Positions 1-36,801 of a stretch of DNA of 64,000 bases are shown in pieces (within the stretch, counting starts at the first letter, position 1; every line of letters begins with the position of its first letter). The stretch is from Eledone cirrhosa. Taxonomy: Eukaryota. Position numbers and translations under genes: made by a program. The stretch spans positions 26,102,001-26,166,000 of the forward strand of contig OZ024751.1 in assembly GCA_964016885.1 (NCBI GenBank), in the 5' to 3' direction. The notes under the pieces were generated by a model. The model saw only the letters and a list, made by a program, of their open reading frames with translations. It searched no databases and was not told where the DNA came from.

Positions 1-445
1 TCTGGGGGGTTCAAATCTAACCAAGATCAACTTTGCCCTTCATCCAATCTGGGGTCAATAAAATAAAGTACCAGTCAATTACTGGGGTTGATTTAATCAA
101 CTTTGCCCTTCCCCCCAATTTGCTGGCCTTGTGCCTAAATCAATATGTATATGGCTAAGAGTTCCACAAAATATCTGTACCCTTAATGTAATTCTCAGGG
201 AGAGTCAGTATGACACTGTGTGACAAAGCTGGCCCTTTGAACTGCAGGTACAATCCATCTGACAGCCTTCCATCCAATTTTGCTAAGAAGACATAGGTCA
301 ACCTAGGGTTATGATAAATAACACCAAGTTGCCACGCTGTGGGATTCAACCGAAAGCCTTCCAATAGTGAGGCAAATATCATAATCATTCAGCCATGCTG
401 TATCGACATTAGAAATGGTTAAGGAAACCAAGGGAAGTTACTCAC

Positions 446-23112
<22,667 letters not shown>

Positions 23113-23818
23113 CTTTCAATTGTGTTTTCTACTTCTGAATTTTGGAGCTGAGAATGAGAAAAAAGTGAAAATACTGTTTATATTGTCAACCATTTAGGAG
23201 TAATTGAAACAAAGATAACTTATCTATGTATCTGCCTGTCTATCTATCTGTCTATTTATCTATCTTTCTATTTATCTATCTGTCTGTCTGTCTATCTATC
23301 TATCTGTAAGCTTATTTATATATATAACAGGAAAAAGAACGGGACGTCACAAGGAAGTCCCAGTGGAGGGAAGACGCAGTAGAGGTAGACCATGAAAAAT
23401 ATGGGCGGAGGTGGTGAGAGCAGACCTCAGATTGTTGAAACTCACCGAGGAGATGACGAAGGACCGTAACAAGTGGAGAGATGATGTGCTGAATAGGACC
23501 CGTCCAAACCTTGCAAGCAGGGAAAAGCAGACGTAAAATAATGATGATGATGATGATGATATATATATATATCTTTATGGGTAGACATGCGACGGCTCGC
23601 TGATGAGTTTTTGTTTAATTTTCTACGAGAAAATTTGATATTTATAAATTTTATTTTACATTGTTTTAAAGTTAAACCAACCACCTGAAACTTCCAATAT
23701 GGTGGACAAGATTGAGAGGACTGAGGACAGATGCCTTTCTCTCCGGACAACAACTCTTTCCCTTTTTTAAATACCACTTAAGAAGGTAAATGTGAGTGGA
23801 GAGAGAGAGGTGCTGCAC

Positions 23819-24660
23819 CCCAATAAATCCGCTGAAAGGTGGGTGAATGTAGCAAAAATGGCCCGAGTGCTTGGGCCTTCTCTGTATATAAACCTGTAGG
23901 TTGAAGAAGACAAAAGAGAGAAGACAAGAGCACTTACAAAACATGCTCCTGGAGTTGAGGGTTGTTCTATCTAAGGGGTGAAAACAACCCAATTGTAACG
24001 TTCCCCCTATTGGGGATTTAGATTGTTATTTATTATTTTATAAATGTTAAAACTTTTGTTTACATGGCTTAAATGTAAAATCCCCACCATATGTCCTGTA
24101 ATGTCCTATTTCTTGTGTGCCCTTGTGGCAAATAAAGAAATCTATCTATCTATCTATCTATCTATTTACCTATATATCTGTCTGTTTATCTATCTATTTA
24201 TCTATATCTATCTATCAACCTATCTGTCTGTATGTATATCTATCTCTCTATCTACCTATCTATCTATCTATCTGTTTATCTGGATGCCCTAGTGGCAAAT
24301 AAAAGAAATATATCTGTCTATCTGTCTGTCTGTCCCCCAGTAAATTTACTGAAAGGTGGGTGAATGAAACGAAAATGGCCCGAGTGATTGGGCCTTCTCT
24401 GTTTATAAACCTGTAGGTTGAAGAAGAGAGCAAAAGTAATAAAGGAGCACTTGCACAACACGCTCCTGGAGTTGAGGGTTGTTCTATCGACGGGGTATTA
24501 AACAACCCATTTGTGGCACCTCCCCCCTATTGGGGATTTCGATTGTTGTAATTGTTTATTTTTATATTTTTTACACAACTGTATGTAAAATCCCCGGCAT
24601 GTCTTTGTATTGTCCCCTTTTCTTGTGCGCCCTTGTGGCTAATAAAGAAATATATCTATC
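23819..24660 (+). mobile_element. Two tandem 3' ends of an L1/Tx1-like LINE, each ending in AATAAAGAAA plus (TCTA)n
   Basis: ~330-bp direct repeats 23819-24150 and 24335-24660; ERWVNV-like ORF2 terminus. Confidence 0.55.
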
Positions 24661-25842
24661 TATCTGTCTGTCTGTCTATCTATCTATCTGTCTTATGTAT
24701 CTAAACCCTTAAAGTATTGTTCCACCTAAGACCATATAAAAAAAACAGTCATAAAAAGATTTTAATCTGACTAGGAACACTATAAAATGAGTTTTGTTCC
24801 ATAGAACCCAAGCCAGGCTGGGTTACTATCGAAAGCGTTAATACTTAAAGTTTGTTCCAAATGTAAACACATATATACACTATACTTATATATAGGTTGC
24901 ACTATTAGATAAGTCACACCTCCATTTTACATACAACAGTTACTACCAGATATGTTAAACAGGGGTCTTGTAGGTCCAGTAGATAAGTCACAAGCTAGTT
25001 TTTTGCATCATATTTCTGTAGGGTAAAGTGTAACTAGTACACAAGTATATACAGTGTGCGTGTGTGTGTGCGTATGTGTGTGTGTATGTGTGTGCATGCA
25101 TGTGTGTGCAGGGTGCCTGTGTGCATGTATGTGTGTGTATGGAGGGTGCATGTGTGTGTGTGTGTGTGCATGTGGAGGGTGCATGTGTGTGTGAATGCAT
25201 GTGTGCATGTGGAGGGTGCATATGTGTGTGTGTGTGTGTGTGCAGTGTCAACTCTGGATGTTGGTGAGCATGTCCAGCTAACCCCAGTCTCCTCTGTGCC
25301 ACTCTCGAGCTGATTGGGAGGCTCCCATACAGCTCTGAGTTTTTCATCCTCAGTGTGTACTGATTAATGTTCAGAGCCATCCTCAGGATTCTCGTGTAGC
25401 ACCCATCCACCATTTGAGTGAGTTTCTTGATATATATATGCATGTATGTATATATACATATATATATATATGTGTGTACATCAAGTGAAGCCTCCAGCCC
25501 ACACTGTAAAGTAGTGTGTAAGTGTCATGACAAAAAGCACCCAGCACACACTGTAAATGTGGTTGGTGTTAGGAAGGGCATCCAGCTGTAGAAACCAAGC
25601 CCAAAACAGTTCTGTGTGAGCAGAACACATTCACCCAACCCAACTTATCTCTAATGGAACAGCCCGTCTAACCTATGTTAGCGTGGAAAAATGGATGTGA
25701 TGATGATGATGATGATGATATATATATATATATATATATATATAGCTTGATCTATTCGATTTTTTATATGGTTAATTATGCTAATTGGGAGAGGAAATGG
25801 TATATATTTTATCTGGTGATTCTATAGACATGTTTTATGGTA

Positions 25843-25920
<78 letters not shown>

Positions 25921-26035
25921 CATATATATATAATTAGAAAGTGAACAACACAAAATATAACTACTCCATTACCAAAGGTTTCTGGATCCCAGACAATAAT
26001 AATATACGTCTGGATCGGTCGTCAGACAGAGATGT

Positions 26036-26066
<31 letters not shown>

Positions 26067-26835
26067 TCATCATTTTTCGTCATTTCATTTTACGTCCGCT
26101 TTTTCCCTGCTTGCAAGGGTGGGACGGGAACTGATTCTGGCTTGATTTCTACAGCTGGATGCCCTTCCTAACACCAACCTCATTTACAGTGAGTGCTGGG
26201 TGCTTCTTTGCCATGGCACCTCCACGACCACTTTGCAGTGGAATGATAGGGATCCCAGTCCCTATCATCTCATTTCTACAGCTGAGTAAACTGGAGCAAT
26301 GTGAAATAAAGTGTCTTGCTCAAGCAAACAACATATATATATATATATATATATGGAAAGTTATATTTAAAATTGTTGGGTTACAACTAGTAAATATTTA
26401 TAACTGATATAAAAGCACTCGACAAATATTTGGAGTATATTTACAATATTAAATAAATGGAAACTATATTTATAAAACCATATTTATTTCATTATATATA
26501 TTTCGGGGATATCATATTAACAATATGCTATGCCTTCCTCAGACAAAATACAATATAAACAGTTTTATAGATAAATAGATTCGACATACCATAACAACAC
26601 CAACTTGCATATATATATATATATATATTTGTGTGTATGCACACAAATAGATAGACATACTCACCTAGTTTATGATGTTGGGTTTAAATCCCATAACAGC
26701 ATTTGTGTGAATCTCTGAATCTTTAGCTTGAATGGGTGACGAGACAGGCAGACAGGAAAAGAAAAATTATTTATACATCAATATTATATCATATATACAT
26801 ATATATATGTGGGTGTTCGCATATGTGTGTGTGTG

Positions 26836-26884
<49 letters not shown>

Positions 26885-27039
26885 CAAGTTGGCCGGCAAT
26901 TGAGAGGGTGAGGTAGAAGACAAAAAGTGGGAGGAGGAAAAGGAAAAATAACTGAATGTTACTTTAGTAATTTATTAGTCATAAAATTTTCCAGATTTAC
27001 TATCCATTATCAAGAGGGAAATGTAGTGGGGGCAGAGAC

Positions 27040-27905
27040 TAGTTCCAGATAGCTAAGAGAGAAGCTAGACTACAGGTATACATAGCTTAGAAAGAGGCTG
27101 AAGAAAGAAAGTTTGCTAATGTCTTGAAATGTGAGGATCAGAGACGTGAAGTGTTCAGCATTGCAAGCTAATGTATGTATGTATCATCAATATTTTTCAT
27201 AAGAATTTGGAATCAAAAAGGCTGAAAGTAAACTTAACCAAAACTAAAGTGTTAGTAAGAAGGAAAGAAGATAGAACCGTGATTCCTTCAGAGAAGTGGC
27301 CCTACTCAATATGTAGAAAAGGAGTAGACATAAACTCTCTACAATATACACAATGTAAATTTGGAGTACACAAGAGATGTGGGATATCAGGTAGACAGGA
27401 AGGGAAGACTTTGTATGTAGAAGATGAATAAAGGGAATCAAAGATTGTCAGTGATATAAACGTTTTCCAATCACATAAAGGATCCATTGAAGTAGCTGAT
27501 ACCTTCTGTTATCTAGATCAATGTTTCCCAACCTATGGCCACATGGCTAAAATAGGTCATGGCAAATTTCAGGTGGGCCACAGGAAATTTTGTCATTTTT
27601 ACTGGGCCATCAGGCTAATATATGGTCCACAGCTTATTGAATGCTCTATAGAGCTTTTATTGACTACTAATCCTTAAATTAATGAAATTAATGCTTGTGA
27701 AGTGTCCAATAAATAGACATAGTTGTATCTTTATTGTCAACAAAATGTTTTTCCTTATGTACGAAAGGATGACTATGAAACCTGTGTGCAAAGTGAGATA
27801 TGGTAGCAACATATGGGCAATGATTGCTAAGAACATGCATAGACTGGAGAGAAATGAAGCTATCAGGCTTCATTCAATGTGCAATGTAAATGTGAGAGAC
27901 AGGTA
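27040..27905 (+). mobile_element. Fragmented RTE LINE (same family as 28182-31068) interrupted by a hAT-like fragment
   Basis: LESKRLKVNLTKTK, KWPYSICRKGV, MHRLERNEA; CAATGTTTCCCAACC near 27519. Confidence 0.65.
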
Positions 27906-28181
27906 TTTTTTCCTTTTCAATCTCAGTCTTTCCAAACACGACCAACTGAAATTTATATACCAATGCTGAATTCAACAGTTTTCCAACAGATGGTGACCTC
28001 AATAGACATGCTTTTTCTCAAAAAAATTATTTTTGCATCATTCCCACTGCCCACTCTCCTCTACCTTATGTTAAAATTGTTTTCCTTCTCATAAAACTAA
28101 TATATTTGTTCATTGTACTGTGTTGTTTGCTTTGTTATATCTGTTTACCTTTTGCATACACACACACATATATATATATCG

Positions 28182-31068
28182 TCATCATCATCATCGTTTA
28201 ACGTTCATCTTCCACGCTTGCATGGGTTTGGACGGGAGTTGTCCCACTTGAGGCAAGATTGGTTGTCCTGCTCGTATAGGACTGTCTGGCGGGTTTTCTA
28301 CGGCTGGATGCCCTTCCTAACACCAACCACGTTTACAGTGTGGACTGGGAAGTTTTTACCGTGTTACCTACACGGCCACATTACAGCGTGGACTGTGTTT
28401 TTTTTGTCGTGACACCTACACGACCTCATTTGTTTCGGACTGGATGTTGTGGTACCAATATAACTTCACATTTAAGAGGGTGGTGTGGATGGGGGTGGGG
28501 GTAGTGGGACGGGGTGTATTTTGTTAGAGGTGCCTATTTACTAGGTTTCGCTTTGTACTTAGGCAAGGCGGGTCTTCTGTATAACTCTGTAGCGCCAAAG
28601 ATCTCGGTCCAGTGACATTGTCTTAGAGAGGTGTAAGTGTGTGAGGTCGGAATTTATCAAGTCATCCCAGGTTTTTCTGGGTCTGCCTACTCCGTGGCTA
28701 CCGTCTATTTTTATTGCCCTGCACTTTTTTATACAGCTGTCGTCTTTCATGCACATCACGTGACCGTACCAACGTAGTCTTCTCTCGAGTAAACAACATC
28801 TGATCTCCCTTAGTTCGTTTATGCTTTGCCGTTCACGTATATTACTATTACACATCCAGCGGAGCATGCAAGCTTTGTTTCTCTCCAGTCTGCATATATC
28901 CTATGCACACAATGCCCAGGTCTCACTGCCATGTAACATTGCTGTTCGTATGCAGGCATCATACAGCCTGCCTTTCATTTTTAGAGAGAACCCTTTAGCG
29001 GCCAATAGTGGTATAAGCTCTCTGAACTTTTTCTATCCCGTTCTGACTCTAGCTACTGTACTTTCAGAGCACCCTCCCCCTCTGCTGATTTTGTCACCCA
29101 GGTAACGGAAGGTGTCCACTATTTCTATAAAACCATCTATGCAATGGAATGAGCTAGTATTCTGTGAGCACTTGCTGCTACTTATTGCACCAGAGCACCG
29201 GCCACATATAAAATCTATATTCTTAGTTAGCTTACCTGTGATCCCACTACATCTTTTATGCACCCATACTTTGCATTTGGGACATAAAATGGAGTTTCTG
29301 CATACTCCTTTCCTACACACTGAGCATGGCCATTTCCCAGATGAGACCGGTGCCCTATTTTCCTTCCTACAAACTAGAACTTTAGTCTTAGACAAGTTAA
29401 CTTTAAGGCCTTTTGATTCTAGGCCATGCTTCCATGTTTGGAATTTCTTCTCTAGTTCAGCCATTGATTCAGCTATGAGCGTAGGATCACCTGCATATAG
29501 GAATTCCTATGGGCAGCCGGTCTTGAACTCCTCTGTTATAGCCTGAAGGGCAATAATAAATAGTAGGGGGCTAAGAACGGAGCCCTGATGAATAACAATT
29601 TTTACGCTAAACTCTTCACTATATTCGTTGTTAATTCTAACCTTGCTGACTGTTTCTTTATACATGGCTTGTATAGCTCTCACAAGCCATTCATCAACAC
29701 CTAGTTTTCTAAGAGCCCACCAGATAATGGAGCGGGGGACTCTGTCAAAGGCTTTCTCCAAGTCAACAAAAGCTAAGTATAGGGGTTTACTTTTAGCTAG
29801 GTACTTCTCCTGTAGTTGTCGTACAATGAAAAGAGCATCTGTGGTACTTTTACCTGACACAAACCCGAACTGCATTTCATCTAGATCAATTCGTTCTCTG
29901 ATTAGTTGCGCTATTACTTTTTCTGTGACCTACATGACCTGGTCGATTAATTTAATGCCTCTATAACTACCCCTATCTAGGGCATCTCCTTTACCCTTGT
30001 AGCAGTTAATGATGATGCTGCTATGCCAGTCCTTCGGAACGGCCCCATTCTGTATGACTTGGTTTACTATCCGGGTGACCATAGTGTGTCCCACCGTTCC
30101 AGATGCTTTCAGCATTTCAGCAACTATTTCCGAAGGTCCAGCCGCCTTACCTGTCTTCATGTCTTTGATTGCCTTACTTATTATACTACCTTCAACTAGC
30201 ACTGCTGGTCCCTCTATTGGATCGATGTGGGGGAGACTGTCTTTCTCCCATTTATTCTCCTCATTTAGTAGCCTTTCGTAGTGACACTTCCAAGCTACCT
30301 TCTTATCAGCGTCAGTGATGGCAAGTACACATCATCATTAAGGACACACTTCTTCCCGACAATATCACGGTTTTCCTTGACACATTGCCTAGCAATCCTG
30401 AACACCTCACGTTTTTGGTCCTCGCGTTGTAGAACATGCTTGAACTTTCTTTCCTCTGCTTCCCTTCTTGCAAAGTACACTTGTCTCCTAGCTTCTCTCC
30501 TGGCCACTTGATAGTCTTCTCTACTTCCCCCATCCCGCCATACTTTCCAAGCCTGCTTTTTGGCTTTAATTGTCTCCTCCACCTTACTGTTCCACCACCA
30601 CGTTACTCTCCTCCTGCCTATAGGCCTGCTCCAGCCACAGACTTCATCTGCCGCCTTCAGCAGGTTAGCTTTCAGGAATTCCCACTGTTCCTCTATATTG
30701 TATGACTCTAATTGCTCTTCCTTACTGTCGAAAGCATCAAGTAATATGCTTTTAAATTTATTACTGGCTGTGGGGTCCTTTAGCTTCCATATTTTTCTCC
30801 TGAGGATAATCCTCCTCTGTTGTCGAGTACGTCTTGTCCTGACTATGAGGTCGCTGACTATGAGTCTATGTTGGGAGGTGCATTCTTCATTGGGGAGGGA
30901 TTTAGTGTTTACAACAGACACTCTATCACGTCTTCTGGTAAGGATATAATCTATCTGACTGGCGTGTTCCCCTGATCTATAGGTGATCAAGTGATTGTCT
31001 CGTTTTTTTATGTTAGTGTTACAGATAGTTAGGTTATTTGCGTCACAGAATTCCAGGATTCTGGAGCC
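28182..31068 (-). mobile_element. 5'-truncated RTE LINE (EN C-terminus, RT, 3'UTR, (TGA)n tail), few disruptions
   Basis: SQIDYIL, SQHRLIV, RGSYRGIKL, MQFGF..GKSTTDA, FVDLEKAFDRVP, HQGSVLSPLLF, FRYLGD, RLRWYGHV. Confidence 0.9.
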
Positions 31069-32498
31069 TATACATGTATATGTGTGTGTGTATACTGGTA
31101 TCTACCTGTTTATGGTAGGACCAATAAGATTGTCTTGAAACAATAATTCAACAAGATCAATTGATGAAAGGTATTGTCTTTGTAGTAGGTTTTCATCATA
31201 TTAGATTCCATGTCTAAACGAGCTAGAGTGGTGTTTACTCAGTTCATTGTTTTATGACTGTTTTAGAAGGTTGATTGATCATTATAAATCAATATATTGA
31301 TTAACTGATAGCGGTTATGCAACCACATATTATTAACCTTGATGAGGTTCGCGTTAGAAAGGGCATCCAGCTGTAGAAATCAAGCCAAAATCAGTTCTGT
31401 ATGAGCAAGACATGGTCACCTCACCTAGCATTGCCCACAACAGGACAACTCGTCTAACTCATGCTAGCATGGAAGAATGGACGTAAAACGGTGATGATGA
31501 TGATGATGGTACTCCAGATCCATCTTACCATCTTCATCAGAAACAATGAACTGTAAACTTTATTTGTAAGATATATAAAGAGGTTGAAATACATAGAAAC
31601 ATGGACCAAGAAAATATAAAGCATAAAATATTAAGGTTCCCATTCAAAAAAGAAATAAAATAAAAGTAGAAAAAATAATAAATACATAAATAATACTACA
31701 AGGAATGAGAGGAAAAGTTGAAAATTTGAAGATAACAGCCACTCCAACACTTGGTCCCGACCAACAGGGTGGAGAGTACATTGTCCCAGAGGACAGTGAG
31801 GGAGACGCACTGGAACAGCCACTCTGACACTTGGTCCCGGCCGACAGGGTGGAGAATATATTGTCCCGGAGCACAGTGAGGGAGACTCCCTCAAACAGCG
31901 ACTCAACCCCGCAGGGCTCACACCTGTAAGCAGCCAACGCCGCTCTGATTGCAATAAAACAGACAATTCCACTTAATGTGTGGCCAAAGTCACACATCCA
32001 CCTCCACATATATAGAGACCCACTCACCTAATTTGTTGCTGACCATTTCACCTCCCACCTTATACACTTATATCTACATACATATTTCTAAACCATATAT
32101 TGGGCTTGCAATCGAAAGGTTGTGAGTTCAATTCTCAGACCGGGTGATGTGTTGTTTCCTTGAGCAAGACACTTTATTTCACATTGCTCCAGTTTACTCA
32201 GCTGTAGAAATGAGATGATAGGACTGGGGTCTCTATCATTCCACTGCAAAGTAGTCGTGGAGGTGCCACGGGAAAAAAGCACCCAGCCCACACTGTAAAG
32301 AGGACGTGTAGGCGCCACAGGAAAAAAGCACCCAGCACTCACTGTAAATGAGGTTGGTGTTAGGAAGGGTATCCAGCTGTAGAAATCAAGCCAGAATCAG
32401 TTCCCATTTGAGCAAGACAAGGTCAGCCGACTGGATACTGCCCACAACAGGACAACCCATCTAACCCATGCTAGCGTGGAAGAACGGACCTAAAGCCG

Positions 32499-32532
<34 letters not shown>

Positions 32533-32892
32533 ATATATATACACATATACGCAGGCATATATATATAATTATCTGTACTCATACTAGGGAGAGATGGATA
32601 TATTCACCAATATTCGCCTTTTGTTTCCATTGTTCAACACACAAACTGGTTAAACTATTACTCAACATTAGATACTCAGGGTAGTAGAGTATGGTTATAT
32701 TATATGTACTATGTACTATACATACACTTTTTGATGAGTTGTAGTGCACCTGAGCACTGTACACAATATTTCATTATTATTATTATTATTTATAGAGTCG
32801 GGACCTCGACGGTTGAGCTTTTGGTGTTTCAACAGACTCATAAAGTGTATGTGTGTGTGTCAGAGAATGGATGTAGTAAAAACCTATTAGAG

Positions 32893-33074
32893 CAGTGGTT
32901 CTCAACCTTTTTTTGCCAACGGCAAAAAATAGCGGTACACCTGGCTAAATATATATGAAAAATATTTCAATGTTACAAAATAAAAACATGGCGAAAATAA
33001 AATTTCGCGGCACACTTAGGAAGATCTCGCGGCACACCAGTGTGCCGCGCCACCACACTGGTTGAGAATCACTG
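32893..33074. mobile_element. hAT/Charlie-type MITE
   Basis: TIRs CAGTGGTTCTCAACC / GGTTGAGAATCACTG; imperfect 8-bp TSD tattagag/tgttagac. Confidence 0.75.
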
Positions 33075-33127
33075 TGTTAGACCATTACTCACCAGAGTAC
33101 TTGATACTTGGGTAGTAGAGTATGGTA

Positions 33128-33268
33128 ATATGAAGAATTCGGGAACGCGACGGCTGAGCTCCTGCCGTTTCAACAGCTATTTCCGAACTCTGGTGAAATG
33201 TGTTACAGTTCGGAAATAGGTGTTGAAACGGCAGGAGCTCAGTCGTCCGGATCCCGAATCCTTCATAT
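33128..33268. repeat. GC-rich imperfect hairpin (~60-bp arms)
   Basis: GCTGAGCTCCTGCCGTTTCAACAGCTATTTCCGAACT pairs with AGTTCGGAAATAGGTGTTGAAACGGCAGGAGCTCAGT. Confidence 0.9.
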
Positions 33269-33531
33269 ATGTGTGTGCGTGTTATTGAAAAAAAATAATA
33301 TTATGAGTGTGGGATTTAGGGTTAGTGAGGCTCCAAGCAATATGAAACTAGAAAGACCCTCGTTAAAAACATTTCACAAGATGATTTAATTATTTCTAGA
33401 GGTCCTTGAATTGTCAAAATCCGACACCGTATTGTGTGCGCATTCCTACGTCTATAAACACACTCTGTATGTGTGTATATATAAATATATATATATTTAA
33501 GAGTTAAACAAGGTTCAATGAATAAATCAAA

Positions 33532-33569
<38 letters not shown>

Positions 33570-33589
33570 CAAATTGGTAATTTATATAT

Positions 33590-33643
<54 letters not shown>

Positions 33644-34004
33644 GCACCAAGACATTCATTCATACGAGCACAAAAAAGAAATTGTGTTGTTATTGTTGTT
33701 TAAATTTCAATTCATTCGCTAGTTCTTATTATTTTAAGCTTACACTATATATCTGTATATACACTATGCATATATATATATACATTCTACATGCATCATA
33801 TAATATATAATATAAAATAAACAATGTGAAACAAACATTACCTTAATAATTACACTCACATCGTCTGGTGCAGTGCCTTCTCAAGCGGTGTAACATCAAC
33901 TAGTGTTCTTTTTGTAAAAAATGAACATCAATAAATATTCTGTAACTAATTCATTATAATTTCATGTGAGTCCTATTTGAGAGATCTATTAAAGAGAAAT
34001 GTCT

Positions 34005-34420
34005 AACAACAACACTATAGACAACATCACCAACAATGATAGCAGCACCATCACCACCACCGCCAAAAACACCACCACCGTCAACAATAGCAACACTACC
34101 AACAACAATAACACCAGCACCACCAACAACAACAATAACACCACCACCACCATCAACACCTCCACCAACATCACCACCAACAACAATAACAACACTACCA
34201 CTACCACCACCAACAATAACAACACCACCATCAACACCACCGCCACCACCATCAACACCACCATCAACAACACCACCACCATCACCACCATCAACACCAC
34301 CATCAACAACACCATCAACAACACCACCACCACCACCATCAACAACACCACCACCACCACCATCAACACCACCAACACCACCACCACCACCACCATCAAC
34401 ACCACCAACACCACCAGCAC
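34005..34420. repeat. (CAC/CAA)n trinucleotide low-complexity tract
   Basis: Direct inspection. Confidence 0.95.
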
Positions 34421-34900
34421 TACATATTTCAATATATTGTTATCGATAACTCCATTGTCCATCTAAAATCATGATAGGTTCTTATTTGTTGATATTAATT
34501 CCTGTAACTAAGTCACAGGTGGTGGAGTGGTAACAGATTGGTGACATTGAATAATTAATATAGTTGACAGTATTGGCAGAGTTCAAGTAGTGGCTGTGAG
34601 GTTAAATAATCTGCTCCTCAATCAACCGGTTTTAGTTTCAGTCCTACTAGTTTAACTAATGTCTTGTGAGAGAAATTTGGTTGATGGAAACTACAAAAGA
34701 CTCTGTATATGTGAAGTTATATTGCACAGGAGTATAGATTTTTACTTTTATCTCTACCAAAATACAGCCAATGTTATTGCTATTAGCTGTGTGCACTCTG
34801 AACAGTTCGTTGCATTAATGCTATTTTGGTAGATTCATTGAGTAAGCTAGATGTTGGCCAGGGACCGTTGACATATCAGCGATTTTCGTTACGCACACAC

Positions 34901-34972
<72 letters not shown>

Positions 34973-35264
34973 GTGTGTGTGTACGTGTGTGTGTGTGTGT
35001 GTCATATTTAAAGAGAATATATAAAACTTTATATATATATATTCTGGAGAGAATGGCATTTTAAATATGATTTTTTGCTCTGCTTATTATACGATTGTTA
35101 AACTATCTCTCTTTCCATCTAATCGCATGGCTCGCTACTCTAACAACCTATAAGTATTGAGCACACTAACCTTCTTTATACTGCCTAATAATCCGCATAA
35201 CTAATCACTTTTCTCTCCTCCTGATTAGTTTACTTGCTTTTTACCTTGTAATATATATATATAT

Positions 35265-35368
35265 ATATTGTTATACTTTGGGAGGGTCATGTTGCCAATA
35301 AGAAACACACGCACCATGGTGCGTGTGTTTCTTATTGGCAACATGACCCTCCCAAAGTATAACAATAT
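35265..35368. repeat. Perfect 104-bp palindrome with no loop
   Basis: Centre CCATGG at 35314-35319; single-arm copy at 20869-20920. Confidence 0.95.
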
Positions 35369-35574
35369 CGGTTTCAACACACGTTTTCAAATAAAGAATC
35401 TTGCTAAACAAATTCAGAAACTATATACAGATAAATCTACCACTCAGCAGTAGGGTCTAAACCGTATAAAGAACTCAATGTAATCCGTATGTAAAAGATG
35501 TCGTGAAGCAAAGTTTAAAATACAAATATTTTTTTATCAACGATATAATTCAATTGGATACAGAGTCAAAATAG

Positions 35575-36524
35575 AAATATTAAAACAATAAAATTAAACA
35601 CAAAACTGTTAATTCATAGTAAAACACATTATTTTACGATCGTTTCTGGGGGGTAGTCCTCTGCATGTTCATTTAATTATTGATCTATGTAAAACATATT
35701 ACAAAATATCATAGTGAGAAAAGAATACATACGTCTTCACTACCCGCCGTCTTCGGAAATAATGAGTTTTGTTTATTGAAAAATACAAAAACAAACATAC
35801 ATATGAATAAGTAAGGTTTTATAACCAGGTTGAAATTGACCAATGTTAAGAATGGAAAGGAGCAGTATAAATCATTACGTTTGGTGGTAGGAGATGAATA
35901 AATAGGCCATCAGTGGATAAGGTATCAAATGTCTTTTAAGAAAAGAAATGAGAGCTGTTAGTGTAAATGAGTTTAGGCATATTGTATATCAAAGTATTGA
36001 TGGTCAAAGAAGATTGCGATTGGAGGAGATGGGATGCTGAGATTAGTGTGTTACATCAAGTAGAATGGAATAGAATAATCTTAAAAAGTTAGCTATTTCA
36101 TTGTTGTGAGGAATAATTTGTTCTAAAAATATTGGATATAATATATATATATATATACATATACACATGTATAGTTACTCATGTTTATATATAGGCATAC
36201 ATTTATGCATATACATACATATACATACATGTATGCCTATATAAACGGAAAAAAATGAAACGAAATTTCATTTCCCACTCTTAGTACGGCTGTACTTAAA
36301 TATAAGTATGTACACGTACATACTTATATGTATAGACGTACAGTAGTATGTATATATACATACATGCACACATATATATATATGTACGTAGGGATTCACC
36401 GAACATTTATTATAATGCTCGGTGTGTTTGTAAACAAACATCCCGTATTAAGCCGTAGTGTCCAGCAACCATCGTTGCTCGTTTGTTCAACACTGACATA
36501 TAAACATGAGTAACTATACATGTG

Positions 36525-36588
<64 letters not shown>

Positions 36589-36745
36589 TGTAATAAACAA
36601 CATAAGGCAATTATTCCATTTACCAGTGGTTTCTTAAAAGCAAAAAATGTTGCTTTCAATCATCAGAATGAAAAAATCCTGGTCTGTTTATTGAATTTAG
36701 ATTTTAAAAACATATTCACACATATATACATACATATTCACATAT

Positions 36746-36801
<56 letters not shown>

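Noticed and set aside
33989-34466. Mucin-like Thr/Asn or hydrophobic ORFs
   Set aside because: Trinucleotide low-complexity tract open in several frames, with no supporting splice context.
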